Part shown: in pieces, positions 1-12,505 of the stretch | Position numbering within the stretch: the first letter of the stretch is position 1 | Layout of the letters: every line of letters starts with the position of its first letter | Origin: Bigelowiella natans CCMP2755 | Taxonomy: Eukaryota > Protista > Cercozoa | Reading direction: 5' to 3' | Assembly (NCBI GenBank): GCA_000320545.1 | Contig: ADNK01000556.1 | Location: 1-41,789, forward strand | DNA: 41,789 nucleotides | Made by a program: the position numbers and the translations under genes | The notes under the pieces: generated by a model | Databases searched by the model: none | The model's input: only the letters and a program-made list of their open reading frames with translations | What the model was told of the DNA's origin: nothing

Positions 1-318
1 ACTTCTCATTATTCTGCGATCCGCCTCGACAGGGTGAACGACGATTGGCGCATGAAGATTGTCTATCTAGGCTACCCTGGATTACGAAATATGGAGAGGG
101 TAGCTATGAAAATAAAGGACGGAAAATATCAGCTACTCTACCTAGCTGTTCCCGACTTACCCTTTGAGCACTGGTATAAGGTCCTGGGGGACCTTGATGC
201 AGAGGGCTGGTATGGACACGAACCTAAGGACGAAGGTGAGTTCTGGGTAAGCGACAAAGGAGATAAGGTTAGAGAGGAATCTATTACCTGGTGGTTGGTG
301 AAGTTCCGAAAGCGATGA
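1..318 (+). CDS. 3' end of an ORF of an LTR retrotransposon (probably the pol C-terminus, weakly chromodomain-like)
   Basis: Intron-free ORF ending TGA at 318 (...WYGHEPKDEGEFWV...ITWWLVKFRKR*), followed by a purine-rich stretch, a polypurine tract and an LTR-like segment. No catalytic motif is visible in the window. Confidence 0.5.
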   Translation, partial: TSHYSAIRLDRVNDDWRMKIVYLGYPGLRNMERVAMKIKDGKYQLLYLAVPDLPFEHWYKVLGDLDAEGWYGHEPKDEGEFWVSDKGDKVREESITWWLVKFRKR

Positions 319-361
319 AGGTCTAAGGGAATAAGGAAGGAAGGAAGGAGCAACGTGACTT

Positions 362-695
362 GGGGGAGGTGTAGCGCGTACCACTACGCGGGCACAAGTC
401 ACGTGCGACAACAAAGGGGTTGTCGCGGATATAGAATATAGATAACGTAGATATTAATACAGCATAGGCACGTGGGTTCCGGCGGGACTCATGGCAGCAC
501 ACCGGAAGTGTGCTGCCCCACGTGCGGCGGCATTCGCGAAAGCTTCGCGAATGATTACGCAGTGCACGATTTAATAAAAATATAATCTTTAATAAAAATA
601 AACACAACTCTTCAAAAGGAAGCAAACGTGCCTTTCCCCCCCCCTGCCTACTTGTGCACGTAGCGCCTCGGCCTGTGAACACCTTACGCGCAACA
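362..695 (+). mobile_element. Polypurine tract (362-369) and 3' LTR (370-695, 326 bp) of an LTR retrotransposon
   Basis: GGGGGAGG is immediately followed by TGTAGCGCGTA (370-380). The segment ends TACGCGCAACA (685-695), giving TG...CA termini with a 10/11 terminal inverted repeat. A duplicated TTAATAAAAATA containing AATAAA lies at about 572-601. Confidence 0.75.
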
Positions 696-1321
696 GCTCA
701 TCACACCTCTGTAGCTCTGTGAACCTTGTGTGTCTGTGTGTTCACAACGTGTGAGCGAACGTTGAATTTTGCGGCGGCTAGCACGGGTGTGTAACTTCCA
801 GCGCACGCACGGCCGCATGCACGCGGCATGATCACAGAAACCACTGCGATGCGATGACCAACATGCAGAGAATCGTGAATGAATGAAGCAAGCATGCACT
901 CAACGTAGCACAATGATCCATTGCGAGAAACTTACGACACGGCTTTTGCCCTGTCGCAGACCAAATTTCCAGGTCAATTTTAAAACCGAAAACATCAGTC
1001 CCGGGATTTTTCATTTAATCCCGGGGCAATTGGATCTTCTAGGGTTAGAGCCATCCCGCCGACCATTCATCAACGGGAGGGGTACCTGCCACGTTCCTCC
1101 GTGTGTTGGACGATTTTCATTTCCTGCGAGCTTTTTGGTGCAAGAGCCGCATCATTGCTAAAATGGAACAGCATTGTACATCTAGAGAGCTGCTGTATGT
1201 ATGCGAGATGAAATGACAGCAATTAAGATGATGATGATAGTGTTTTTTAGGAGAGCAGCAGCTTGTGACATCTTTTTGTGGCATAAAGCGGAGAAAGAGG
1301 ACATCGATACAGTCATAGAGT

Positions 1322-1353
<32 letters not shown>

Positions 1354-2546
1354 ATGCTGCCTTTCAAGCTGCAGCTTTCTGCTATCGCTCTCATCAGTGT
1401 CATCGTGGCACTAAAATTTATGGTAATTTGTGAAATGAGAGGCGGGGACTAGTCGGTGATGTTAGAAGGAGCGACGAATGTCCTGTTTTGTGAGTGTGTT
1501 CTCTCCATAGTTGAGGAAATAAGAAAAAAAATTCTAACAGGCCTGGCCATCGCTGATGCCAAATACAAACTTGAAATCTGCGGTGTCTTCTCGCCGATCT
1601 GCTACGAGTACTACTACTATCCCAAGGCAGGATTTCTCTTCTTTTCCTACGCGGCCATTAAGATCAAGTTATTATTCAAGGTAAGCGATGTAAAACAGAG
1701 GCTCACGATAGAGAGTTGATTCTATGAACTTTTGCTTATATATCATCTGGATGTGGTGCAAACAGGTGCGGGGCCACCAGTAGAATGAGCAACAGCAGGA
1801 GGGGGAGAGAAAGACGCAGTGTATGGACTGCCAAAGGCTGGGCCGGCAACGTGGAAAGAAGTGATGTTTATCTTATTATAGTTTTCAGTAATCATGATGA
1901 CTATGCAGAAGATGGTGTTGGTATGTTTTCTGCTGTGCTTGCTCCTCAAACTCCCCCCCTCTCTTTCTTCTGCCCCCTCCCCCCCCTCTTCCTCTCTACC
2001 TCTCTACCTCTTGGGAGTGCTGTTTCAGTATCCCCTACCGTCGCTGTGAGCGACGATGAGGACGGAATTCTCACTGCCTTTGATGCTGGCACGACTTCCT
2101 ACATCTCCCTTGCAAGCAAGGTACTACGAATGCATTGCAGGAGCAGCAGCGGCAGGGATGGGGATAAGGTGGTGAGAGAGGGAGGGGAGGAGTAGCAGAA
2201 ACCCTTTGCATCTCAGTGCGCATGTATATATCTTCTATCACGCATCGTCGCGGTGAGATGTAAATCGATTAATCGTGTCTTCAGGGCATTCGATCGATAC
2301 CTAAAGGCACTTTCGAAGGCAGCAGCGACTCGGTGGACAGCATGCACACCACACACACAATCAACACACATACACATACACATACACATGCACATACACG
2401 CGCGTGCGCGCGACCTAGGAATGCGAATCAAGGGAGAGGTGCTACGATTAGGACATGCTATAAAACAAACTTTCTAAGCCCAAACATATACATATATGAT
2501 TCTTTCTCCCTTAAAAAAGTCTGTGTGATATAATATTTTAATATTC

Positions 2547-2590
<44 letters not shown>

Positions 2591-2803
2591 GTGTGTGTAC
2601 TGTGTGTAGGTCCGCACACTGGATCTGGAGTCGAATAAGCTAGCTGTACTTGAGGTATAGCAATGTACCTGAACAACAGTGCGTGTACTTCACCATATCA
2701 ATAAGATAATAGCCCGACAAGTGAGTGCAGAAAAACAGAATTTCATAAAAGGAGAGAGGAAGATTAAGGGCGAATCCGTCATATATATAAATTATATGAC
2801 ATA

Positions 2804-2846
<43 letters not shown>

Positions 2847-4698
2847 TATAATAACATCATCATATATGTAATTCATATATTTTAATATATGTGCGTGTGT
2901 GTTGCAATATAATCCTTAAAATCCCATTATCACCCAGGCGGACATGTTTAAAGGACTAGAGAACGTGGAGGTGCGTGCGCATAACCGTAGGGCTACTACT
3001 ACTTTGTCTCGTCAATTTAATAGTCCTTGAAGTAGTATTCTAAGTTGAACTGAGAAAATGGTAGGTGGGTAGGTAGGTAGATAGGTAGTTGGAATTATGA
3101 AGGAAACACTGCATCTCATTTTCAGTTGATAATGAATTTGCATGTTTTGGGTTAACCCACAACCATTCCTCCTATCTTCTACTCTCTCCTCTTCTCTCTT
3201 CCTCGCACTATCATGCCGGCTGCTGCTGCTGCTGCTGATATCAGGAGTTGAAGCTCAGTGGCAATATTATACAAACTATTCAGCCCGGAGCATTTAGAGG
3301 TCGGGTGACTCTGCTTCTGCTTCTCCTGCCCCTACTGCTGTTGCTTTCTTGTGTCTCTCTTCGTAGATTGCAGGGGGGATGGTGGTGGTGATGATGATGA
3401 TGATTCTTCTAGGAATGGAGAATCTCAAAGCGTTGTATCTCTCGAAGAACCCGATTTCTGACTTGCCGAAGGGCGCCTTTGAGGGCCTTAACCTTACCAC
3501 TCTCACGATTCATAGGTAGGTAGGTGGTAGGCGACGCCACATTGGTTGTTTGGTGTTGTTAGTGCAGTTGCAGCTGTTGACCTAGATGGATGCGGAGGAG
3601 GAGGCTTTGATGACAATCATGATCTGATAAACATGTTTTTACAAGATTCCATCTAATTCTACTTCGCTTCGTTAGTTAGTGTTAAGAAAGAAGTTTTAGA
3701 GCTTCAGTGTCTCTTTAGGACTGCTAATACTACGACTACCGCTGCTACTCCAATCATGATTCATCTCTTCTTCGTTTGTCCTTACAGCGTACCATTGAAG
3801 AAAATAGACCCGGAAGTTTGGCGCCCCCTCAGGAATCTTAGGAAGCTCCACATGTACAACACCGATCTCGAAGATATCCCGAAAGGTAGTAGGAAAAGAA
3901 GGAAAAGAAGCGTAGGGAGGGGGGGGGGGAGATTGTAGAGGCTATTCCCTGTTGCACAGTAAGTCGTCGTCATCATAGTTGATATTTTGCATGTTTCTTC
4001 ATGTATTTTCTGCATTCTTGGCCATTGCATTGGCGGTAAAATTGACTCAATGTTATCCTGCATCAGAGTTCTTCGAGATGCTCCCCAATCTGCAGGTAGA
4101 TGATTCCTACCTTTGGAGATCAATTGCGGAAAGAAGCAACCTGTTATGCGGAAGAAGAGAAGAAGATAACGATCACAATGATGATGGAGAAGATAAAAAA
4201 ATGAATTATCTTCGCCATCGTCATCATCATCATCATCATTTCAATCACCATCGATCAACCCATCATCATCATCATCATCAATCATTACCGTTGTGCTGCT
4301 GCTTACTTACAACTACTGCCACTACTCTTACTACTGATCAGGTTCTGTCGATGCACATGGCCAACCTTCCCGTTCTTGAAAACGGGTTTCTTCAGCCAAT
4401 GGCGGCGTTGGAGGTGCCTCTAGCTCATAAAATACTTCCAAATACCAAATATCGATGAGAATTGTAGGGTGAGCTATCCGTCTTTTAGTGAATATATCTA
4501 TGTGGGTGGTTTGTGCTACTGCTTTTTCTGCATGGATTGATTTTTCATCCATTCACCCCATTCTTCGTTCAGGAGCTTTCTGTTGATGGCCCGTCCCTGC
4601 CGCTGGCTAAGTCGGACTTGTTTGCATCACAAAGTAAGCTCAGATTTGTTTACCTGTTTGGGAAGACCACTGAGGAGATATTCAAGAAGGTATTGTAG
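1354..4698 (+). CDS. Multi-exon leucine-rich-repeat protein with signal peptide and transit-peptide-like leader
   Basis: GT-AG exons join in phase: MLPFKLQLSAIALISVIVALKFM | AWPSLMPNTNLKSAVSSRRSATSTTTIPRQDFSSFPTRPLRSSYYSR | CGATSRMSNSRRGRERR... | VRTLDLESNKLAVLE | ADMFKGLENVE | ELKLSGNIIQTIQPGAFR | GMENLKALYLSKNPISDLPKGAFEGLNLTTLTIH | SVPLKKIDPEVWRPLRNLRKLHMYNTDLEDIPK | EFFEMLPNLQ | VLSMHMANLPVLENGFLQPMAALE | ELSVDGP... These match the LxxLxLxxNxLxxLPxxxF repeat. The start (alternative ATG at 1163) and the last exon are uncertain. Confidence 0.85.
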
Positions 4699-5599
4699 TA
4701 GTAGTGTTAGTTTAGTAGGAGGAGGAGGAGGAGGAGGAGGAGGAGGAGGAGGGAGGGGAGAGGGGGGAGGGAGTGGCTGCACGGCTGAATGTTGCCATCG
4801 AGATATTCTCGACGACGACGTCAGTTGAATGGGATCGAAAGAAGAATAAAACAAAACCATTTTGCTCTCAATCTGCTCTGCCAGCAAGGAGCATTTTCAA
4901 ACCGACAATTTACAATGAGTAGCGTCGAGAGAAAACCAAGTACGAAAAAATCGAGGATATATATCTCCTATCAACCGACACAAACTCTGCCCCCGAGTGT
5001 AGAAACCCAATCATTATGAAAGCTGCGCGATTATACCTCATTGACTTAAGCAATAATTCACACTGCTTCAGGTGCGAAGCAATTTGGCGGATGAAAACAA
5101 CTGCAAGGTTGTGGTACAAGAGAACCCAAACATAGGGCCTGGATATAGTTACACTTGATAATATTAAGAGTGCATCTGTATGCCGTAATAATATATGGCG
5201 CAGTGTGAGCTCCACCCAGAATCGCACATATCACAAGTAATGCTAGGGACTCACTTGAAACACACAAATAAGAGCAAGTTAGGATATAATTGCATGGGGC
5301 AAAGGCACAAGAGAGACTGAAAATTTCCGGCATGTCACCAGGACTAACATGGTCAAAGGGTGCCTCATGCTTGCATTGCATATGATATAATGAAATTAAT
5401 GGCAATAACACATGCGCCATGTGCACGTTGGGGATGCTTGCGTTGGTATACGCGCACATGCATGGAAGAGGAGGCAAAATAAGCGCATTGTGTTGTCGAG
5501 CCAACTTGTGATCTGATGACGTAGCATTCTAGCTCGACGACAGTAGTGGCACGACAGATGTTCAAGATGGCATGACGAGTGGGACGCACATGCAAGGAA

Positions 5600-6100
5600 G
5601 AGGGGGGAGCCGCATTGTACGTACGTATACGCATGCTAGCATGCTAGCATGTGTACGAGGCTAGCTAGCGCAATGCATGTCTAGATATGGTTCGTTAGCA
5701 ATGCTACATCGCATATAGCGGTACCAGACTATGCTACGCATGCATACGTACAGCTAGCCAGACAGCCGGACGACAGGCGCTCCCGCGCGTCAGACCACCA
5801 CATCTAGACATGCAAGTATAAGTATTTAATTTAAATATATGGACTTATAAGTCCCTATCTAGCTATACGTGCCTATATAAAGTACGTAAAATTTCGTTGC
5901 CGGTGCACGTCATTCATTGCGCGTTTTCGTCTAGTCGTGGAATCGACGCAATTCTTGCATGTAGCAGCTAGCTAGCAAGCTACACACACACACAAACACA
6001 CACACACACGTAATGTACATATATCTGGTGATACTAGATGTGCGCGATCTAGCGAGCGAGGCTGCGCATGGCGCACCAAATTGCTGCACGTACTGCAAAC
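5600..6100. other. Non-coding tract rich in palindromic tetramers (CTAG, TGCA, CATG, GTAC)
   Basis: 13 CTAG counted in 5631-6055, many as GCTAGC or GCTAGCTAGC. No credible ORF. Confidence 0.6.
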
Positions 6101-6404
6101 AAGCACATGTAATCAATACCACACTGATTAGTCAAAACAATGGTTCCTAACAAAAGTACAACCCTCGCAAGGGTACACACGATTTTGGCGCCAAAGTTTT
6201 CCGAAAAAATATTACACTAACAGCTTTGGTCACGCTTGCAATAAAAATATATCAGTTTGATCAGGAACAAATCTGCAGGGATTAGGCTACGGTAACCTCG
6301 GACATACTTCTAATTTGACATCGCATTTTCTGCAACGAAAAGACAAAACAACCAACTTCCGCTAGTCATTAAGGCCTTTAAAAGCTGGCCAGTTACTGCT
6401 CCCA

Positions 6405-6976
6405 TCAACCATCAATGTCAACATCATCGTCATCATCGCGAGTCGCATCCTGCAACTCAAACGCTTCCTCGCCTGAAGAAACAAGTACTTAAGATTTATG
6501 AATGAATGATCACTTGCCATGCAATAGCTAGCAATACCATCCATTATCAAGGCCTCTGCTAATATTCGTTGCAATACAGTGCACGCCAACGAGGTTTATT
6601 AATCATAACAATAATCATCCCCATCCTCATCATCGTCAGCGTCACCATCATCGTCTTTCTATCTCTCATAATTAACTTCGAAAAAATGATCAGCGACGAC
6701 GTCGGAAGCAAGAGAGGAAATCAGGTAGAAACAAACCGTCAGGGTTGAGATCCTCTGCTAAGGCAGCAAACCGGATGTTCATCTCGTTCATCTTTCGCAC
6801 ACGAAACTGCAGCAGGCACATATGAAACATCACCGCATGCGAGAGGGAAGGAGGATAAATGTGAAAATTGAGATGCTGGATACAACAAATGGATTTGATG
6901 TATGAGTGCACCGACAACTGTTAGGAAAGGGGAAGGGTATGACTCAGTCATATTGCCTCCGCCCCTGTCCCCCAAA

Positions 6977-7023
<47 letters not shown>

Positions 7024-9425
7024 CTTGTATTGTGCTTTGTCTACGCTTCGATGAACACCAGTAGCTTAAAATTCAGAAGTGTGCTTGATCCTTCAAGCCT
7101 ACACCCCTCCCCCCCCCCCCCCCCCACTCTCTCTCTCTATCTCTGAGCGCTATCGTGAATTTACTACCAGAATGACGATTGCCGTAGCGATGAGGCCAAG
7201 CAGTAGAAGGAACACGAATATCAGCGCAACGCACACCCCGTCACATCCAGGGGCGCTTGCTGAGGAAGCTTCGGTGGTGGCCGCCCCTTGCATTTCACAC
7301 GATTCCCCGTACCTATGCAACGATGTATCGTATGTTAAAGTATATACTGCGGGGCAGGGAACTAGAGGCAGCAAACGGACAGGAGGATGATAATACCGCC
7401 TTGTCAGCAGCACCACTATCACCATCAGCATTTTTATCATCATGCAACGATTTGTTTGGATTTCACTGTGATATGTCTTCTGAGATTTACCAGCCGTTGT
7501 CACAAAAACACGCAAATCGGTCTCGATCAGAGTCATAACCGCAGAACCCATTGTTGCCACACACCTAGCAGCACGGGTAGCAGCGGGGAAGGTAGGAACA
7601 GCATGCCGAATGCAAATCAAATCACACGCCATCAGTACCGCATCTAAGCCGGCGTTCTCAAACATGATCGATTGGCGTGTTTCCTTGAGCAAAGCTCGAG
7701 GAGATGAAGAAAAAACATCATGGATAAATACCGTGTCACCAGAAGATTTAGTGCACCCCAGCGGACATGCGGAAGGTGTTGGATGGAAGTTGAGGAAGTA
7801 GTCGCAATCCTTCTCCTGCGCAGCAACACAAACATAAACCGGACAGCATCACGAACAACAATTCACACCTTCATTTTTAGGGCGGCAGACCATGATTTTG
7901 ATATCGTTGGTGTGTGTGCGTGTGTGTGTGTGTGTGTCTGTGTGTGTGTGTGGGTGATAAGTACACGTGGGAGGGAAGGCATAAGTTATATTCTCAAGTA
8001 TCGATATTAACATAACCAAACTCTCGAAACCAAAAACACAGGATGATGACCCATTTCTGAGCATGTAGCGAGCGCATACTACTGCTGCTGCTGCTACTAC
8101 TAATACGTGGTTGTATACATCAACAGCGATTTTTAACATCAGCCATCATACAGACCCGAACACGTGAATCGAGGAGGAAGCTTGAGTCAGCCATCGTGTC
8201 GCGATTGTAACAGGGAAAAGTAATAGTGATCGACCGGTCCTGGGAGGAACAGATTAGAGAAATAAAGGAGATTATGATATGTATATGCTCGCAATGGCCA
8301 CGATTACTGGACAATGCTAAGAAGAACGATGGGAAAAATAAACACAGACACTGAGCACTAACGTAGCACACATACCCAAAGAGAAGATACATTGATTTTC
8401 TTGATTTTAGTGTTAGTACCTTATTGTTTGGAGGGCCACAGTGTGTGCCGCCCTTATATTTAAGCTTCACTCCCTTTGTGGGCGCTAGAGGATCTATCAG
8501 GCTCCACTCTACCCAACACACCATCAATAAATGAAAGCAAGAATAAACGACTTTTCCAGGGTGTACGGTGGGGAATGCACACTCTAATACCTGCATTGTC
8601 ATCATCAAAGGTACTCCCGAGGCGAAAGCATTCCCCTCCGTTATTCGTGCTATCGAATTGATACGCAGTGGCTAGGGGGTCTTCATTCTAGATATATGAG
8701 TTGACCGATGGAAGGACAAGGCAGCAGCCGTGGAAGAAAGGATTGAGGTAGTGCATCTCCGTGTTACAAACGACAAATTTGTCATTTTTCATAATCATAG
8801 GAAATAATCGTCACGGGGGGGAAAGGCGAACCACGATCACCATGCAGAAAGAATGCATCAAGCTTTCACATTTACCTGGCAGAGTGTCTCTGAGGGTCTA
8901 TGCGCCCTACCGCACACATTGAGTGCGTAGGAATAATTACGGTTGCTAACCGTGAGTTCATCTCTGAAGGTGTACCTATCCATGGAATAAAAATTAATCA
9001 TGATCTTCATCCAAATTTGGAATTGGTAATATTATTAAACCTCAAACATGATAAATGTGATACGTTTTAGGTAAATACGTTCAGAACTCAACCCGCATAA
9101 GATAACTCTTATTTTCTAAACACATAGTCAATGTGAACTTATAACTTTTGTCTCTTACAACTTATAAGTTACGAATCTAGGCCTGGTCCATTTTCGACAA
9201 ATACTGAATTCATCACACTGCTAGGAAAAACCGTACAGGACATATCTACTGATATCATCACCAGCCGTTGGCGCGCATCTTCAAACTTGAGAGATCAAAG
9301 GTCGCTACCCCAGCCTCCTTATCAATTTTCGATGTGTATTGAAATGATTTTTTGCAGGAGATAGCATCAGCCTGTGGAAGGAGCACAAGAAGCGCATAAG
9401 GCAGCCAGCTGCCGTGGGGCCCCAT
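6405..9425 (-). CDS. Type I membrane protein with mannose-6-phosphate-receptor-homology (CD-M6PR/ATG27-like) domain and EGF-like domain, multi-exon
   Basis: Exons give signal peptide MGPHGSWLPYALLVLLPQADA, then ATFDLSSL, AYQFDSTNNGGECFRLGS, EWSLIDPLAPTKGVKLKYKGGTHC, RSITITFPC, CPLGC, EGF-like VCGNNGFCGYDSDRDRFACFCDNGW|YGESC, TM segment VCVALIFVFLLLLGLIATAIVIL, and acidic tail GEEAFELQDATRDDDDDVDIDG*. Confidence 0.8.
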
Positions 9426-10912
9426 CCTTGAATCGGAAGCGTGCCGAAGTTTATGAGAAAAACACTACAATTTGTTGTCGCATATATATATTTTTGGCTG
9501 AATCAGTGCTGGATGTTATCTAGAAAAATAAGGATACAACATACCTACGACAAAAGAAATATACTCTGAGGGGAAAATCACCGATAATTCACGAGTTCCA
9601 TTGGAGTTCAAGAGAACCATAGAGTTTCGAGACTTTTCCATACCAGAACAATTTCATCTAAAAAATGCAGTAGCCTACTCCGAATAATAATGCTCCTAGG
9701 ATATTTTTTGTAGAAATTTCTTGCATTATTCCGGCCAGATTTACCAGATGATACAGTAAAGGTGTAGAAAAGCGCCTCCAACTTTACAAATCGGACCCAA
9801 ATAAACTCGATTATCGGATACACTCGGACTCGGATAGGAAAAAGGCAGGTTTCATACTGCTCATTGGAAGAATTCTCAGTTTTGAATCTCCTCCAATACA
9901 ATAAATTCATATCAGAATTTCAATTTTTCTCGATCTATTATCTTGACGCTTTTATTTTTTACAGGATCAAATTTCATATGACGGAAAAATTCTATTAGAT
10001 GTGTGTCTTCGAACGTCTTTTTGTCACTTGGAACTGGTGCACAGGTTTTGCGTGGTTTGTCAGGCATTTATCACTAAAACATCGTATTTATTTCGAAAAC
10101 CGCCTCGTCCCAATATCATTGTTGGACAAATTTATGCTATGCTCGCATTCCGATGTATGTGCTGTCGAACCATTTTCAATCTATTTTTTTTAATTTTGCT
10201 CAGTCGTTATATCTATTAGAGAATGTTTTTTCTGTGATCAGCTACTCTACAAATTAATTAGAAATCTGAAAGTTTCGTGATCCTCCAAACCTAACTCGAA
10301 AGTTTCACACTCGGAAATTAGCCCATTGTTGTATTCTGCATTTAAAAATAAAATGTAATTGCAATGTACGACATTTAAGAAATATGTAATGGTGTGAAAA
10401 TAAAGGGCGTCACCTTCTCTTAATTTTCGTCATTGTATCTTCGATGCGCTTTGGTTCGACTGCAGAACTCAAACCTCCCCCTCTGCAAGTAGCCATTGCA
10501 TTTTATAGTCTTCCATCCATTTCTCTGTAATGGGTGGTATGAAATGAATCCATTCGAATGCACAACGTACCTTATGTTGCATATCAGTGCAATCTCTCCC
10601 ATAGTTCCCAAACAATATTGTCATGAGCCATCATCTGTCTTTGGCATCGTTCTTTGCTGAATCATTCCCATTCGAACCTTTTTAATTCATTGTTTGCTTC
10701 ACACAAATATTCTTTACAACTATTTGGATAAGATTTTCTCATAATCTTAAGTTATATAAGATGTGATAGAACGCTTGTGAAAATTTCCGCTTGTAACCTT
10801 GACAACTGCTCATCTATACTCCAAAGGTCTGGGACTCGCAGTAAAATTATACTGAACTGATACGCACAAGTGAGGATAAAATTCCAAATCGAGCCATCTA
10901 GATCGGATCTTT

Positions 10913-11829
10913 ATGTCTTCCCCTAAGAAACGTCGTGATGTGGACGTCATGAAACTGTAAGCTAAGCACAAGAGATTTAATCTATGAATCTGGCTTCATA
11001 ACAATTGCACGTTTGATTTCGGAATAACATTTCATACGACAGAATGATGTCGGACTACGAGGTGTCATCAGGCAATAGTGGCAGTGTTAATGCTTTCTAC
11101 GTCAAATTTCGCGGCCCAAAAGACAGTGAGTAAAATGATTGAATTTATTCGAACGTTCTGAATGAAATTCAAATCTACCTGGCATAATATAACGTACAAT
11201 TTGTAGGCTTGTACGAAGGAGGAGTTTGGAAAATTCACGTGACCTTACCCACGGAGTACCCGTACAAATCGCCTTCAATTGGCTTTTGCAATACCATGTA
11301 CCATCCGAACGTCGACGAATCGTAAGTCATTCATCAGAGAATATATTTTATCCCATAAACAGTGAAATAGCATCGTTGCTCCTCTGCTGCAATGCAAGTG
11401 ACGATAATTCTCTCTTACAGATCTGGATCGGTATGCCTTGATGTGATTAACCAAACCTGGAGCCCTATGTTCGGTAAACACCCCCACCCCCTTCCCATCT
11501 CCCCTCTATTCGTCCACATCGTAATCCAAATTAAAGTAAAGAAATTCAACTACACAGATCTACTAAATATCTTCAAGGCGTTTCTTCCACAGCTACTTCT
11601 TTATCCCAACGCTGCAGACCCGTTAAACGTCGAAGCGGCTGCCTTGATGCTGAAAGATAAGAAAACTTATGAAAAGAGGGTCCGAAACATGGTCCAAAAG
11701 TATGCAATGGAAGACATTAACATGGAGAATACGAGTTCTGATGAGAAAGAGGATTCATTCAGTGCTATGGAAGAAGGCGAGTTTGAGGAGTTCAGTGACA
11801 TCGATGATCTGGACATGGATGATCTTTGA
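10913..11829 (+). CDS. UBE2H: Ubiquitin-conjugating enzyme E2, UBC8/UBE2H (plant UBC4/5/6) family, 5 exons
   Basis: [15 protein letters not shown]|MMSDYEV...[10 protein letters not shown]|[38 protein letters not shown]|[17 protein letters not shown]|DLLNIF...[15 protein letters not shown], with HPN motif, catalytic Cys and acidic tail. Confidence 0.96.
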
Positions 11830-12026
11830 CAACAGCGTTACAGTTTTGGTTCCCACGATAAATACAGATTACATCATCCACTGAGATGGTCGATGGAAAA
11901 CTTTCTTAATTTCTCTTCAATTTCTACAGCGACGATTATGATTGTGTACAGAGTATTTTCTTTTTTAAAATCAGAATGCAGAAAACAGCCGAGAAATAAT
12001 ACACCGCGCTGTGTAAACACTGCAAT

Positions 12027-12089
12027 ATGTGAGACGGATGTGATGAAGAATTAAATTTTTTCAATGGTCATCCTGATGTACACTGCAAT
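12027..12089 (+). repeat. ~60 bp dispersed repeat, copy 1 (copy 2 at 25968-26033)
   Basis: atgtgagacggatgtga...aattaaattttttcaatggtcatcctgatgta aligns with atgtaagacggatgtaa...aattaaatttgttcaatggtcatcctcatgta. Confidence 0.8.
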
Positions 12090-12505
12090 ATGTAAAGAGA
12101 TCACTTAAAGAGTTAATAAAATTCGGAATTGCATTATGATTGCTAAAGTGTTAAATTGTACATCCTTTTTGACGCAGCATTTGTGGACATGTTGCTAGCA
12201 GAGAGAGGGATGCAGCTAGTCACACCTAGACACGGTTGATAGCTCATGTCATGCTAGCATGATCCTGCCGGTTGGCGCGCAGAATGAAGTCGCATGGTGT
12301 ATGGATTGATAATAAGAAAAATATTTAGTTGCTAGCATATGACAAGCATAACTAGCTGGAAATGCCTAGCCGTATATCAATGCATGCTAGCATGCTAATG
12401 TATAGTGTAGCTCAAATTACAACATCAAGTTAGCAAGAGTAATTACAAGAGCAGCATGAGCGCCAGATGCAATAAAGACGAAAAGCCTTTTTCTAATTCG
12501 ATCAA

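Noticed and set aside
1000-1025. 9 bp inverted repeat cccgggatt...aatcccggg upstream of the LRR gene
   Set aside because: Too short to assign a function from sequence alone.
9608-10700. 100 aa minus-strand ORF and possible small spliced fragment between the M6PR-like and E2 genes
   Set aside because: No recognisable motif and no consistent exon chain.
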